This document shows positions 39,501 to 54,500 of a stretch of DNA of 64,000 nucleotides, piece after piece (the first letter of the stretch is position 1; each line of letters opens with the position of its first letter). Below the pieces are notes generated by a model that saw only the letters and a list, made by a program, of their open reading frames with translations, was not told the DNA's origin and ran no database searches. The translations under genes and the position numbers were made by a program. Source of the stretch: Carcharhinus longimanus. Its lineage: Eukaryota. The stretch lies in assembly GCA_030264375.1 (NCBI GenBank), contig JASCQW010000190.1:24335223-24399222 (forward strand). The letters are read 5' to 3'.

Positions 39501-42500
39501 ACATGTTTAAGACTTTAGCTTTCTATCAGTCCATAAGACTGCCTAGTGAACAGCTCAGAAGCTGACTTAAATTATACATCAGCTTTTATTGACAACGCCA
39601 ACAGTTGAGACACAAACAGTTTAACTCATTTCAGCAAGATTCACATATTGCCAACTAAATTTGCTGCAGTAATGTAAAAAGGAACTGCTGATCGTGATGG
39701 GAAGAAGGAAAAAAAATTCAGCATTATACAATTTATTGCTATAGTTTAGATTTGAGGAAATTTAATTTTAGGTTGCACAGAAACATCTTGGAACTTTAGA
39801 GCTCAAAGTGTGGCATTTAGATACAGCCTGGCCAGAAATTTCCCATCCCACCCTCTGCAGGAATCATAGTGGATGAGACACAAAAGATCTATTGAACTCG
39901 GGCAGGAATTTCCAGTCTTGGGGCTCGCTGAAGCGGAAAATCCCACCCTTTGTCTGGAATTGAAGGAGAGATGGACAAAATTTATATTTTAAAGGTCAGT
40001 ACTGGAAAAGTATATAGAAGTTAATCTTGTAGCTTCAAGAAAATAGCTACAAGAACTAAGAAATTTGAGAGACAGGTATATATTTGAAAACACTGAAGTG
40101 TCAGATTTTAAGCTGATTATATACTTACTTGCAATGTACAAAGACAAGAAGAGTCCAGCCAATGTTACCCCACTAAGCATATGGAATATAACAAACATGA
40201 GGAAATCCACTGACACAGAAACTCCAATGTGCTGAATAATTGATAAAACTAGCGAGAGAATGAATGTATTTCGACGGCCCAGTCTATAGGTGAAGAAAAA
40301 AGTAAATGTTTAATAATTTGGTTTGAAGTTTATTTCAGCATCACAACTACAGTAGAAATGCAGTTTGAAAATTGACAAGAGTTCAATTCTTCTGTTTTGG
40401 ATAATTGCCTGAGCTACTCAGGAGATTAATTTTCCCACTTCAAATGGAATGGTCACTTATGTAAATTTCTAGCTAAAAAGTGGAGAAGTTCTTTGTATCT
40501 GTGATGATGAGGAACCCGAATATAGAAGCAGAAACAGTGGAGACAATAGTTGGTGTGAAAATTGGGGACATAGGTACTGGAAAGGCTGTCTATGCCCAAG
40601 GTAGATAAGTCACGAGGTCTAAATGGTTTGCTTTCCAGTTTGCTAAAATAAGCCTTAATTTTTCAAGCTTTCCCAGATATGGGGGAGGTGCCAGAGGACT
40701 GGAGATCGGCAAATATAATATCCTGATTTCAGACTGGGTGCAAGTACAAGTCAGTTAACCTAATGTTTATTTTGGAATAATTAAATTATGGATTAAAAAC
40801 AAACAGGTATTGGGAGTGGTTTGAGCTAATTAAGGAGATTCAGCATGAATTTGGAAAAGACAGATAGATAGATCATGCTTGACTGATGTAGTTGAATTCT
40901 TTTGATGAAGCTACAGAGAAAGTTGAAGAAGGGGATGGGGTGGTCATAAGAACATAAGAACTAGGAGCAGGAGTAGGCCAACTAGCCCTTCGAGCCTGCC
41001 CCGCCATTCAATAAGATCATGNNNNNNNNNNNNNNNNNNNNNNNNNNNNNNNNNNNNNNNNNNNNNNNNNNNNNNNNNNNNNNNNNNNNNNNNNNNNNNN
41101 NNNNNNNNNNNNNNNNNNNNNGACCACCTGCTGCACCTGCAAGCTGGGTTTTTGCAACTCATGCACAAGGACCCCGAGGTCCCTCTGCACCGTCGCCATT
41201 GTACAAATGAATTTTTAGAAAGCTTTTGATAAGGTACCATCAAAACAGCTGGATATTAAAACTGAGGCTTATGGAATAGGAGGATCAACGTGCAACTCAA
41301 TAAAAACAGCAAGTCATGATAGCTGGTTGTTTTTGAAAGTAGGGGGCATACCCCAAGGATCAGTGCTAGGAACACTGCTTATTTTCTTTATATAAGTGGC
41401 TCAGAACGTGGAGTAAAATTTCAAAATTTGCCGATGATACCAAACTTTGAAGAATGACAACGGTGAGGGTGATGCAAATTGCCTGCAACAGAACATAAAA
41501 TGAGACACATGTGGCAAATGGAATTTAATGCAGAAATGTGAGGTGATTCAGTTCAGCAGGGGTGGAAGGGATAACAAAGATTTTATCATAGAATTCTAAA
41601 AGGTGTGCAAGAACAGAGGGACTTGGAGTGCACATGCATCAATTCTTGAAAGTGGAAAACATTTTGAGAGAGTGATTAGCAAAGCATTTGGATCTCAGGT
41701 TTCATAAAAAGAGATGTGGAGTACAAAAGCAGGAAAGTTATGCCAAAATCTCTAGTTAGACCCCCTAACTAGAAAATTGTGTCCAGTTCTAGTCAGCATA
41801 GATTAAGAAAGATCTGAAAGGCCTTGAGGGAGTGCAAAGGAAATATACCAAAGGCTTCTAGGGATGATGCATTTTACACACAAGTTTAAGTTGGAAAGAC
41901 TGAGCTTGTTTTTCCTAGAGCAAAGGAGATCAACAGGAAATTTGTCAGAGATCTGCAAGTTTATGACAGGCTAAAGTAAGATAGGCAAGGAAGAACTCTT
42001 CCCATTAACTGATCATACAAGGACTAGAGGAAATAGATATAAGATTTTAGGCAAGATGGGCTGGGAAAATGTGAGGGAGAGCTTATTTTTTCATGTAGCG
42101 AGGAGTAATGACCTGGAATTCTCCATCCATGACAGTGAGATTGCGGTAATAATTGCTTTCAAAAGTTGAAGAATATGAACTTGTAGGGCTACAGGGACTG
42201 AGCAGCGTGGTGAAACTGATTGGATTGTTCTGCAGAAGGTCAGCACACATTTGATAGGCCTAATGACCTCCTCCTTTGTCATAAATTATTTTAATAACAG
42301 TTAATTTAAAAACTGCCCATTATCCAAAACTACCTGTCTTTACTGAAGAGGATTTTCAAGCAGTTCTTCACTAGCATCCTAGTGCTGCATTGAAGATATT
42401 CCCAAAGTCTGAATTTATTAAGACTCTGAGGGAACCATTATGGTAAAAACAGATAGGTGAATTTGCTATTGTAAGCTGTTTTCTAACGCAACTGTTGTGA

Positions 42501-45500
42501 AATGCTAACAATTTTTAAAAACTTACCGATCAGCAACAGATCCCATGGTGAAATATCCAACAGTCCAACCAATCTTGTAGCTCACTTGCTCAAGTGAAAC
42601 TTTCCAGTGGTTCTTACAGACCAGATGCCACTTAAAAGAATGACAAGAAAACTATTTAATCCCAAAAGTGCAAATTAGTTTTTTTCCTCAGCCTTCTTTT
42701 CTGAGGAAAAGTCCAAGACTAATATTTATACATTTATAAGTACTTATGGTTCTGCCTTTGCCCAATATCCTATTTTTTAAATAAAATTCTTTCAATTTTG
42801 GTATTTCAGCCACTCTCACACAAAGTAAATACAGTTCTCTCCAGCAAGCATCTGCAAATTTATGAAACAGTAATAAAAAAAACACCATTAGGATGACAGC
42901 TCAGCATTTTATGTTTCTAGAGCCTATGCCTCAAATATCAATTTATTTCCCCTCTTTACATATATTGCAGGAGCTGTGGTCTCTTTCTACTATTTTTCCA
43001 ACATTTACAGATAAGAAATTGTGTGGGAACAGCCATTTCAACAATTATTCTGATATTTGAAATGTCATTTGCAAGCCAAAGGCTGTGCAAAGATTGTGAT
43101 TTCAAAATATAAATGGCTAAAATAATAACGGCTCACCAAAGCCTTTTTTCTAAAGCCTTTCTTCTAAAGTCAAGTGTATACTGGGCACATACATTTGAGC
43201 ATTGGGTTAATCATAACCTGCATCATAAACATTCCATCTTGCCTGTGGCAGGTTTCATGGTGTGTGGGAGTGGAGTATCCAATGGGACCCAAAAGAAAAA
43301 TCAGAATCCTGCTGGTATAAAAATAATTTGCAATTCTTCCAAGTTAATGGTACATAAGAAGTAGGAGCAGGAGTAGGCCATCTAACCCTTCGAGCCTGCA
43401 CCGCCATTCAATAAGATCATGGCTGATCTGAGGTGAATCAGTTCCACTTTCCCGCTTTCTCCCCATAACCCCTAATTCCCCTGTCTATCAAAAACCTATC
43501 TACCCGTGACTTAAATATATTTAGCGAGGTAGCCTCCACCACTTCAACGNNNNNNNNNNNNNNNNNNNNNNNNNNNNNNNNNNNNNNNNNNNNNNNNNNN
43601 NNNNNNNNNNNNNNNNNNNNNNNNNNNNNNNNNNNNNNNNNNNNNNNNNNNNNNNNNNNNNNNNNNNNNNNNNNNNNNNNNNNNNNNNNNNNNNNNNNNN
43701 NNNNNNNNNNNNNNNNNNNNNNNNNNNNNNNNNNNNNNNNNNNNNNNNNNNNNNNNNNNNNNNNNNNNNNNNNNNNNNNNNNNNNNNNNNNNNNNNNNNN
43801 NNNNNNNNNNNNNNNNNNNNNNNNNNNNNNNTGACAGATGAAGACGTGGGGGGGAGGGAGGAGATGGGCGGGAGAGAGGTAAGATTGAGAAAAGGGGGGG
43901 AAAGGGAAGCAAAAAGGGAGAAAAGGTAAGAAAAGGGAGGCTAAAATAGGGGGAAAATGAGGGGTGGAAGCTGGAGCCTGACAAAGAGATGAACAGGGTA
44001 CCACAAGTATAAATGGGAGAGGATGCACACAAACTCTTCAATAGCAAAAAAAAAGGGGGGGGCGCTGTTGTGTGTTTGCATGTCACACGAAGGAAGGTTC
44101 CAAAGACAATTATCCAAGAGCTAGGCAGAAAATTAGCAAGCAGGACCTCAAATGTAGCAGCAATCTCTGGATTACTCCTGGTTCAGATTCCTGGAACAAC
44201 TAGGACTTGCTCTGGGAGAGATGCTACCTGTACAAGCTAAATGGGCTGCACTTGAACAGAGATGGGAATGAGTTGTTTGTGGGACATTTTGCTAGTGCTG
44301 TCAGGAGAGCTTCGCAGTACTGGGAACTAAAAGGAAACATTAGAGAGGAATAGCAAGATACACAAAATACTGAGAGAGAAAGAAAACATTAGTATAGAGA
44401 ACAGTGAGTTAATAAGTGAAGTCGGAGTAAGAGAGAAAAAAATGACATCTAAATCGGGTTATCTGTGCATGTACATGAATGCACAAAATAGTAACTGAGA
44501 TTGGGGAGACACAGGCTGCATTGTCGAAAGATGAAGTTGCAGACACCTGGATTAAGAATGGGCAAGACTGGTGTTAAACATTCCTGTGTACAAGCTGCTC
44601 AGACAAGACAGGAAAGGAGAAGGATGAGGAAGAACAAATCTGCAAGAAATTAAAGAGCTGCAGACATTATAGAGTTGTTTTAATGGGGACTTTAATTACC
44701 CAAATGTAGACTGGGACAGTGATAGTGGAAGGGCAGAGGGGGGCAATAATTCATAGATTGCATTCAGAAAAATTTTCTACAGTAATATGTGTCCACTCCA
44801 ACAAGAAAGGATGCAATGTTGGATCTGAGGTAGGCCATGTTAGATCAAGTGTTGGTGGGGGGGGGGAACACAGACACATTATTATAGATTGCCTATTCCT
44901 AAACCTTAAAGAATTAATTGGGGGAGAGCCTCTGGGACAAGAACAGAGCAGGGCCAGTTAGACTGGAATGAAAGATTGGCGGAAAAAGTTATAGCTGTAG
45001 CTGAACAATGGGCTAACAAAAGTTAGTGAGAGGTCATTGTCTTAGGATAAGGGAAAGCAAATTTCAAACAGAGTTGAGAAGAATCTACTTCTTCCAAAGG
45101 GTTGCGAATATGTGGAATTCGCTGTCTCAAAGTGCAGTGGATGTTGGGACAGTGAGTAAATTTCAGGAGTTAGAGATTTTTAATTGGTAATGGGTTGAAA
45201 GGTTATGGGAGAAGGCAGGAAAATGGGGATGAGAAACATATCAGCCATGATCGAATAGCAGAGTGAACTTGATGGGCCGAATGGTCTAATTCTGCTCCTA
45301 TATCTTATGAGCAGAAGGACAGTATCAAGGTGCATTCCCTTAAAAGGGAAATCTAATGTAAACAGATCCAGAGCTCTACAGATGAAAAAGGAAATAGATA
45401 TTAAGATAAGGAAGAAAATGTGCTATTATGACAGATGTCAGGTAGACATACAGTTGGTAACTGAGAAATAGAGCAGGTTCAGAACAGAGGTGAAAAAGCA

Positions 45501-48500
45501 CATTAGAGAAGTGAAGAGGGATTATGGGGAAAAAAACTGGCAGCCAACATAAAGAGAAATCCCAAAGTCTTTAGTAGGCATATAAATTTAAAAAAGTATG
45601 ATAAAAAGGAGTGGGTCTGATTAGGGACCTAAAAAGGATTCTGCATATGGAGACAGGTGGCATGGCTGGGATATTAAATGAATACTTTGCATCCAGGACG
45701 TGGTGACAGACAAGGAGTTTTGTCCCTGAAAAGATTCAAAGTTGATAAGGAGGAAGTGTTGAATGGACTGTCAGAAGTGAAAGTTGTCAAGGCATGAGGA
45801 CCAGATGCGATACATTCAAGTTATTGAAGGAAGTGAGAATGGAAACTGCAGGGGCATTGGCCATAATCTTTCCATCTTGTCTAAACTCAGGGTAGGTGCC
45901 AGAGGACTGGAGGATTGAAAATGTTATGTCCTTGTTTAAAAAAGCTTATAAGGATAGCTTCGACAATTACAGGCCAGTTTATCAGCAATGGGCAAGCTTC
46001 CAAAAATAATTATTTGGGATAGAATTAGTCACATGGAAAAAACGCAAGTTGATCAGGAAAAACCAGCATGGATTTCTAAAGGGGAAATCGTGTTTTACTA
46101 ACTTGCTTAAGTTTTTGAGGTGGTAACAGAAAGGATCAATGAGGATAATGCTGTTGATGTGGTGTACAAGGATTTGCTGCAGTGCCACATAACAGACATA
46201 TGAGAAAAGTTATAGTTCATGGAATAAAATGGACAGTAGAAATGTGGATATAAAATGTGAATAATGAGAAACAGGGACTAATGGTCAATGGATATTTTTA
46301 GGGCTGGATGAAGGTTTGTAGTGGGTGTTTCCCTGGGACTGGTATTGGGACCCTTGCTTTTCCTGTTTTATATTAATGATCTAGATCTTGGTATGCAGGA
46401 GAAAATTTCAAAATTTGCAGATGACACAAAATTTGGAAACTTGTAAACTGTGAAGCGGACAATGTAGAACTTCTAAAGACAAGTTAGAGGTGTGTCCAAA
46501 TAATCCATTTTGGTAGGAATAAATAAAGGGTAAAATTCTTAAGAGGATGCAGGAGCAGTGGGACCTGGGCGCCTAGACCATTGGAAATGGCAGGACAGGT
46601 GGACAGAGCAGTTAATAAAGCATTTGGTATATTTTGGCTTTATTAATAGGGCTCACTAATGTCCTTCAGGGAAGAAATTTGCCATCCTTACTTGGTCTGA
46701 CCTCCAGATCCACAGCAATGTAGCTGACTCTGAACTGCCCTCTGAAATTACCAACCTTCACTCTCATCTGCTGAGTGATGGCAGAATCACTGCCTGTTGT
46801 TCCATCTCCAGCATTAAGTTGGGAGCTGCTCAGAGACTCATCATCTGACTGTGCTGATGCTGGTCTCCAGCAGCCCTTCAAGTGCCAGAGTCCTGGATGG
46901 TCTCTGCCTCAGCCTGATGTGGGGACGTCAGTGAGGTGTTCTCCAGTAGGTAAGCCCGAGCCTAATTGAGACATATCCCCATCAAGGTGTGGCTCTCTGC
47001 ACTGGGTGCTGGTGGGCACAGTGATTGTTCTTCCTCATTCAACATAGTCTGGGACTGGGGTTTTATGTTGGCCAGACTTGTGGGCGTCCATCTACTGGTG
47101 CATAGGAGAAGAGAGTTTTAATTCATGAGCAAGCAGATAAGTTTGCATGCCACTCACTGAATGATGGGATGTGATGAACCTATGGAGGTGCAATCACACT
47201 TGGTTGCTGGGACAATCTCATCTCCCCTTCCCCAAGGAGCGATCCATGTCCTCGCCAGTAAGCTTGGTGGCAATCCTCCTCAAACCACGCGAGGGAACTA
47301 AGTCAGCCGCCCCTCCCTTGGTCTGGGATTTTTCCTGCCTTTTGTGAGCAAGCTTGTCCTGGGTGAAGACTAAGAAAGGCTTGTGATGAGAAAGGATGGA
47401 GTTGAAGTTGAAGTTGGAAAATATGCATGGTACCTGTATGGTAAACATCCCTCCAGAAGGGGCCGAGAATGGAGTGCAGGCAGCCAGATAGATGAGATGG
47501 TGATGATGTGAAAGTTTCCGTGAGACAATCAATACTGATGTTTGTCTCATGCTAATGGCTGCGTGAGATCCCTAAAGAAAATAGCTCTTTGAATTCATGA
47601 TGACATGATGAGAGTTTAATATTGGACGAATTGACAGGTGACTTACCCTGGCAGATCAGATGTGATCATTCATTCTCTTCCCACATTGGATGGCACTGCA
47701 GGAGCAGCGGCCAGCCGCACAAACATTCTATGCAATAGTCTACCAGGCCAGAGAAGCCGTACCTGGGATAAAGCACATCCCTGTGTTCATATACTTCAAG
47801 TATCAAGGAAGTCGGGTGCAGCCTCCTTCTTTATATTTTGGAGCCTTCTTTGTCTGGTTACCAGCGAATCAATACATCTCCTGAAGGCAGCTGGGCTGGA
47901 GAGTGAGATGTGCGCGCTGAGGTGGCACTTAAATATGGCGTTGAGCTTTTGACCCTCTCAGGTTAATGGTGAGCAGCTGATACAACTCTCAACCTATCAG
48001 GTGATTCAGAGAGATACTCACCTATGCACAGTTAATAAACTTCCAAGTGCTGAATTCCTAACAATGGGAAATGTACCAGGGAATTCGCCTGTCATCACAC
48101 TTAGTTTCAAAAATAGAAAATTCTGCTTTTGGTAGTTAAAGAACTTGATCATCTTGCTTACATGCTAAACATAGTGAAAACGCTCATAACAGAGTTAAGC
48201 CACACATAATTCAAGCACACAAGAATTAGGAGCAGTCAGCCATTTTGCCCCTCAAACCTGCTCCACCATAAGGTAACAGCTGATCTGATTATGGCCTCAA
48301 CTCCCCTTTTATGTTTGATCCCCTGACCTTCAACTCCCTGTGTTAATCAAAAAACTTACTTAACTCAGCCTTGAACATATTCAGTGATCCAGCCTCTATT
48401 GATCTTGAATTTCAGCCTCAGAAAAAAATTCTTGTCATTTCCATCTTTAGTGCAAGAGCTCTAATTTCAAAGCTGTATTCCTTAGTTCTACATTTCACAT

Positions 48501-51500
48501 CCCATCCTCCCCCAAAGGGAAACATCCTTTCAAAATCAACTCCCCTCCACCAGTGAGAATATCCTCTCAACATCTACCCTGTCAATTCCCAATTACCCTC
48601 TGGACCTTACATAATTTAACAGTATCAACTCTCATTCTTCTAAACTCCCATGACCATAGGCCCAACATGTTCAATCTTTACACTTCACCCCAGGAGAAGT
48701 TCTCTGAACTACTTCTAATGCAAGTATATCATTTAAGTAAGGAGACCAAAGCTGTTCAGTGCTCTAGATACAGTTTAATTAAAGGTTTGTACAGCTGCAG
48801 CGACACCTCCCTACTTTTATATTCAATTATGCTTACAATAGACACCAACATTCCATTTGTCTATCTAATTACTTGCTGTACTTGGGTGCTAACATTTTAT
48901 GATTTACAAATCAGGATATTCAGATCACTTTGGAGAGTTCAACAATCTTTTGCCACTCAAAATGATATGCTGCTTTTCTATTCTTCCTGACAAAGTGGAC
49001 AAACACACATTATTCCACATAATATTCCACCGGCTAATCTTTTGCCACTCAAAAGTCTGCAGAGGGATTTGGATAGGTTGTGTCCTCTTGACAACTTATT
49101 TTCCTACCTTTGTGCCCTCAGCAAATTTAGTTACCACAAATTTGGTCTCTTTATCCAAGTCATTGATTTAGATTGTAGTTAAGGCCCCAGCACTGATCCC
49201 TGTGGCACTCCACTTGTCACGTTTTACCAACCCCAAAAAGATCCATTTATTTCTATTCTCTGTTTCCTGTAAGCTAAGCTATGCTACCCTCTACACCATG
49301 AGCTCTTTTGTGAAATAACCTCTAAACATGAAAAAGCTAACCTTTGAACACGATTACAATAACCAAAAATTAAGATGGATCATGTAGTTTATAATAACTT
49401 GTTTTGTACATGAAACAAATATAGCCTCAGTTAGTAAACCTATACAAGGAAACCAGTCAGGTGATGCAGTTAGTAAACCTATACAAGGAAATCAGTCAGG
49501 TGATGTGCACAGTCAGCATATGCAAAGCAGATGAGTCACTGTTAGTCAAACATGGGCTAGTTAAAATGTTGAAAACTGACTCATGATTGACTATTTACAA
49601 TCTCAATTCCATTGTATTTGACAATGCAATTTTGCATTTTTCCAGCTACAATGTTTGAATCACTTTCTTCCATATATCTCATAGCATCTGAGACAGGTTC
49701 TTGCAAAAGTCACAAATGACATTTTCTCCTCACTCTTATCAGCATTTGCTATGATAAACCAAAACATTTTGCTCCAAAGCATCTCCCCTATCATCAGCTC
49801 TGTGGGACTGTCTTTGGTATGATTTAATTCCTACCTAAATAAATACGTGCAATGAACCACCTCTTCTTTACCTCAGCAATATTATCTGCAGACGCGTGTT
49901 TGGTTTTCACAAGCACGCAGGTGAACTATGCTACTCCTTTCTGTGACCCCTTGACATAAGAACATAAGAAATAGGAGGAGTAGGCCATCTAGCCCTTCGA
50001 GCCTGCCCTACCATTCAATAAGATCATGGCTGATCTGTCGTGGCTCAGTTCCACATTCCCGCCCTCTCNNNNNNNNNNNNNNNNNNNNNNNNNNNNNNNN
50101 NNNNNNNNNNNNNNNNNNNNNNNNNNNNNNNNNNNNNNNNNNNNNNNNNNNNNNNNNNNNNNNNNNNNCTCCAAGGCCAAAATATCCTTGCGTAAGTGCG
50201 GCGACCAAAACTGCACACAGTACTCCAGCTGCGGCCTCACCAGTGACGACCTATATGCTGCTTATTCAACATCAAGACTGGGATGAGTCACAACTTTGTT
50301 CAACTCAAAACTGAGACAGCCAAAGTTCTAGCCCTCACCATAAATTCCATTCCCCTTCCTTGGCTATACTCAAGCTAAAAGTTCATTTACGAATTTGGTA
50401 TCCTGTTAGACTCAGAACCGAGTTTTAAATCACAGCCCCCAACCAATACCAAAACAACTTACTTAAGTTTCTTTAATACTTCTTTCAACTCCAGACTGAA
50501 TAGCCCCAACATTCCAATTGTATGTCTCTCATCTTCCCAAATTTTTAAGTCTGTTTACAAATATTGTCTACATCAAATTGTGCTAGCCTCTTTGGCTATT
50601 TCTTCATACTAAAAGGCACTATACAAGTATAGGCTGCTGTTGATGACAAGAGAAGTTGCAATTCTGGAAGAGTTGGGCCCGTATAATCCAGAGAGGTTGC
50701 CCTCCAACAGGGCCAGTATAAATGGCGTGGAAAGGAATTTTGCTGATGCTTTTGAGGAGTCAAACTAACCTGGTGGGGGGTGAGAAGTTGAATGTAGATT
50801 CAGAAGGGAGAGATACAAAGCTGAAAACGGAAAGCAGAAGATTAGTAAGCAACTACGGAAGACAGAGGAAACAAAGCCTAGAAAATAGACAACAATGAAG
50901 TAATTCAGCGATTAATGGCATATACTTCAATGCAAGGAATCTAGTGAATAATGAGCTGAGGGCACAGGAATACGCCTGGAAGTATATCATAGCTACTACT
51001 GAAACATGGCTTAAAAGGCAGCCAAGAATGGCAGTTCTACATTTTTGATCAGAGTTTTCAGATGAAAGAGAGGAGTATAGAGAAAACAGCAGCATGAAGA
51101 TCACTTTCCAGGGTATCTCCCACACACAGGCAACTTCCCATGGCTGTCGTCAAGAGTGTGCAAGTGACCAGTGGTCAGAAGCATGCCTTCATGTTCCTGT
51201 TCTCTTCCCCTTTGTTTTCCTGTTGATGCCATGCTACTATTTTCTCTGTGGCATGCTTACCATTGTTCCTACTCTCAGGATATTTTCCCTATGCTTCTTG
51301 TGCTTTCTGCAAGTTATGACTATAATTGACAGACTCTGCAGGGAGAAGCAGACAATCTCAACTAGTATAGATAAGTAAATAAAAACAGAAAATGCTGGAA
51401 ATACTCTGAGTCTGACAGCATTTGTAGAGAGAAACAGAGTTAATGTTTCAGGTTGTAACTGGGAAAAATTAGAAATGTAATACCTTCTAAAGAGGTTAAA

Positions 51501-54500
51501 TGGAGACTGTTACATAAAAAGAGGCCTGTGATAGAGTGGAGGATGAGGACGGGAGTCATTAGGCTAGATCTTCCAATCAGCAGCAACTTTGCACACTGCG
51601 GAGTTTATCCCATCCTTAGCTTTTTGCACACTTTCAGGTGGGACTTCCGATCCTGGCTGTAGCAATGAAAATGGGTGCGTATGGGGCAGTTGGTCAAGTT
51701 ATGGGGCTAGAAGGTGGTGAATTGGTTCGTGCTGTTAATCACAGGTTAGCACACAAATGAAACAGCATAACAATTCTAGGTTAAGTGTCCTGTTAAGAGC
51801 ATATTTAGAAACAAGAAGCTCAGGTGATTGAGTCGTATCAGCTGAGGTTATCCATGGTGCCTTCTCAACCTTGGTCTTCGCCTGAGGTGCGGTAACAAAT
51901 GACTACCAGTCAGCGCTCTCACTCTCTTAATAGGAAGAGCAGCTTATGGTTCTCTGGACTGCAGCAACTTTCATATTCCTTCCATCTTTTCTAACGATGA
52001 TTACTAATCCAGTTGAAAAGAGGTCCCTCACCAAAAATGTTGGTGAGCCACTGATTTAGAAAGCCATCAAGTCCAAAGATGCCAGGTTAGGTTGATTGGC
52101 CAAAGTAAAATTGGCCCATGGTGTCCCAAGATATCAGTGTTAGATGGATTAATCATGTTAAGTGTATGGGGTTATGGAGATAGGATAGGGCCTGGATAAG
52201 ATACTTTGTCAGAAAATTGGTGCAGACTCACTGGGCTGAATGGCCTCCTTCTGCACTGTCGGGATTCTATGATTAAGGGTAGGTCATCTCAGACTAACTT
52301 GTCTAATCTATCTAGTTATCACCTCAAAAAATTCAACGAGGCTAGCTGCTTTGATGTAGTTGGCATAAATTTTAGCATGGTTTTGACAAGATCCCANNNN
52401 NNNNNNTAAACTTTTGTAGGATTCAAGGTCAAGTAACAATTTGGGTCCAAATTTGGTTCAGTGACAGGAAGTAAGGGTAAAGTTTGACTGGTGTTTTTAG
52501 ATTGTTTCCACTGAAGTTCTGTAAGACTCAGTACTAGGTCACTTGTTTTTCATGGTATATAAATCAATGATTTAGACTTAAAGGTAGGGTGATAATAAAA
52601 AAGTGTTTGCATAGTGATACAAAATTTAGCTGTGTGATGGTAAGGAAGAGAGAGGTGGACTGCAGTAACATATCAATGGACTNNNNNNNNNNCAGAAAAC
52701 TGGCAAATAGAATTCATTCTGGATAGGGTGAGGTAATAACAATGTGAAGGAACACACAATACTGAGAATATAGAGGAACAAAGGGTCCTGAGAATCCATA
52801 TCCATAAGACCATAGCCCATAAGATATAGGAACAGAATTAGGTCACTCGGCCCACAGAATCCGCTCCACCCCACCATTCAATCATGGCTCATATTTTTCT
52901 CATCTTCATTCTCCTGCCTTTTCTCCATAAGCCCTGGTCCCCTTATTAATCAAGGACTTATCTTCCTCTGTCTTAAAGACACTCAATGACCTGGCCTCCA
53001 CAGCCTTCTGCAGCAAACAGTTCCACAGATTCACAATTCTCTGGCTGAAGAAATTCCTCCTCATCTCTTTTTTTAAGGATCGTCCCTTTAGCCTGAGTTT
53101 TAGTTTTTCCTATTAGTGGAAACATCCTCTCCACGTCAGCTCTTTCCAGGCCTCGCAGTACCTTGTAAGTTTCAATAAGATCCCCCCCCNNNNNNNNNNN
53201 NNNNNNNNNNNNNNNNNNNNNNNNNNNNNNNNNNNNNNNNNNNNNNNNNNNNNNNNNNNNNNNNNNNNNNNNNNNNNNNNNNNNNNNNNCCCCCCCATCC
53301 TTCTAAACTCCAGTGAGTACAAACTCAGAGTCCTCAAATGTTCCTCATACGACAACTCTTCATTCCAGGGATCATTTTCGTGAACCTCCTCTGGACCCTT
53401 TCCAAGGCCAGCACATCCTTCCTTAGATATGGGGCCTAAAACTGCTCACAATACTCCAAATGGGTCTGACCAGAGTCTTATACAACCTCAGAAGTACATC
53501 CCAGCTCTTGTACTCTAGCCCTTTCAACATGAATGCTGACATTGCATTTGCCGACTGAACCTGCATGTTAACCTTCAGAGACTCTTGAACAATGACTCCC
53601 AAGTCCCTTTGTGATTCTGATTTCCTAAGCATTTTCTCATTTAGAAAATAGTCTATGCCTCCATTCCTCCTTCTAAAATGCATAATCTCTTTTCCACATT
53701 GTATGCCACCTGCCACTTCTTTGCCCACTCTTCTGACCTGTCCAAGTCCTTCTGCAGCCCCTCTGCTTCCTCAATACTACCAGTCCCTCTACACATCTTT
53801 GTATCATCTGCAAACTTAGCAACAGTGCCTTCAGTTCCTTCCTCCAAACTGTTAATGTATATTGTGAAAAGTTGTGATCCCAGCACTTGCCCCTGAGGCA
53901 CACCACCAGTCACCGGCTGTCATCCTGAAAAAGACCCCTTTATTCTCACTCTCTGCCTTCTGCCAGTCAGCCAATCCTCTATCCATGCCAGGATCTTACC
54001 ATTAACACCCATGGGCACTTCATTTATTTAACAATCTCCTGTGTGATATCTTGTCAAAGGCCTTCTGGAGTCCGTGGACTCCAAAGGTAACAGGGCAAAT
54101 ACAGTAGTTAAGAAGGCATTTAAAAAGGCATGAGATATTTGGTCTTTATTGGCCAAGTAGATGGAGCATATAGCAGCAGGGAAGTTTTACAGAACTATAA
54201 AAAAAACAGCTACATACTGTGTTTCTACATATCTAATAAACACAAATAAAACCTCAACAGTTAACACAGTTTAATTCAATGTTGCAATTACTTTGCATGT
54301 CCATCAAGCTGCAGATGACAACTAAACACTTCACATCCTGTTTCAGGAATTACATGCCAATGAGGCAATTGGAACAGCCCATTTGAAATTTACAAAATCA
54401 CAAAAATGTTTCCTCCCACAGTCCAAAAGTCGTGCTGGTTAAGTGCATTGGCCACGCTAGATTCTCCCATAGATGTACCCAACAGACGCTGGGAGTGTGG

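Noticed and set aside
43833-44020. Purine/G-rich tract (possible G4 or H-DNA)
   Set aside because: Likely the purine-rich spacer of a Penelope-like fragment next to a gap; no independent evidence of function.
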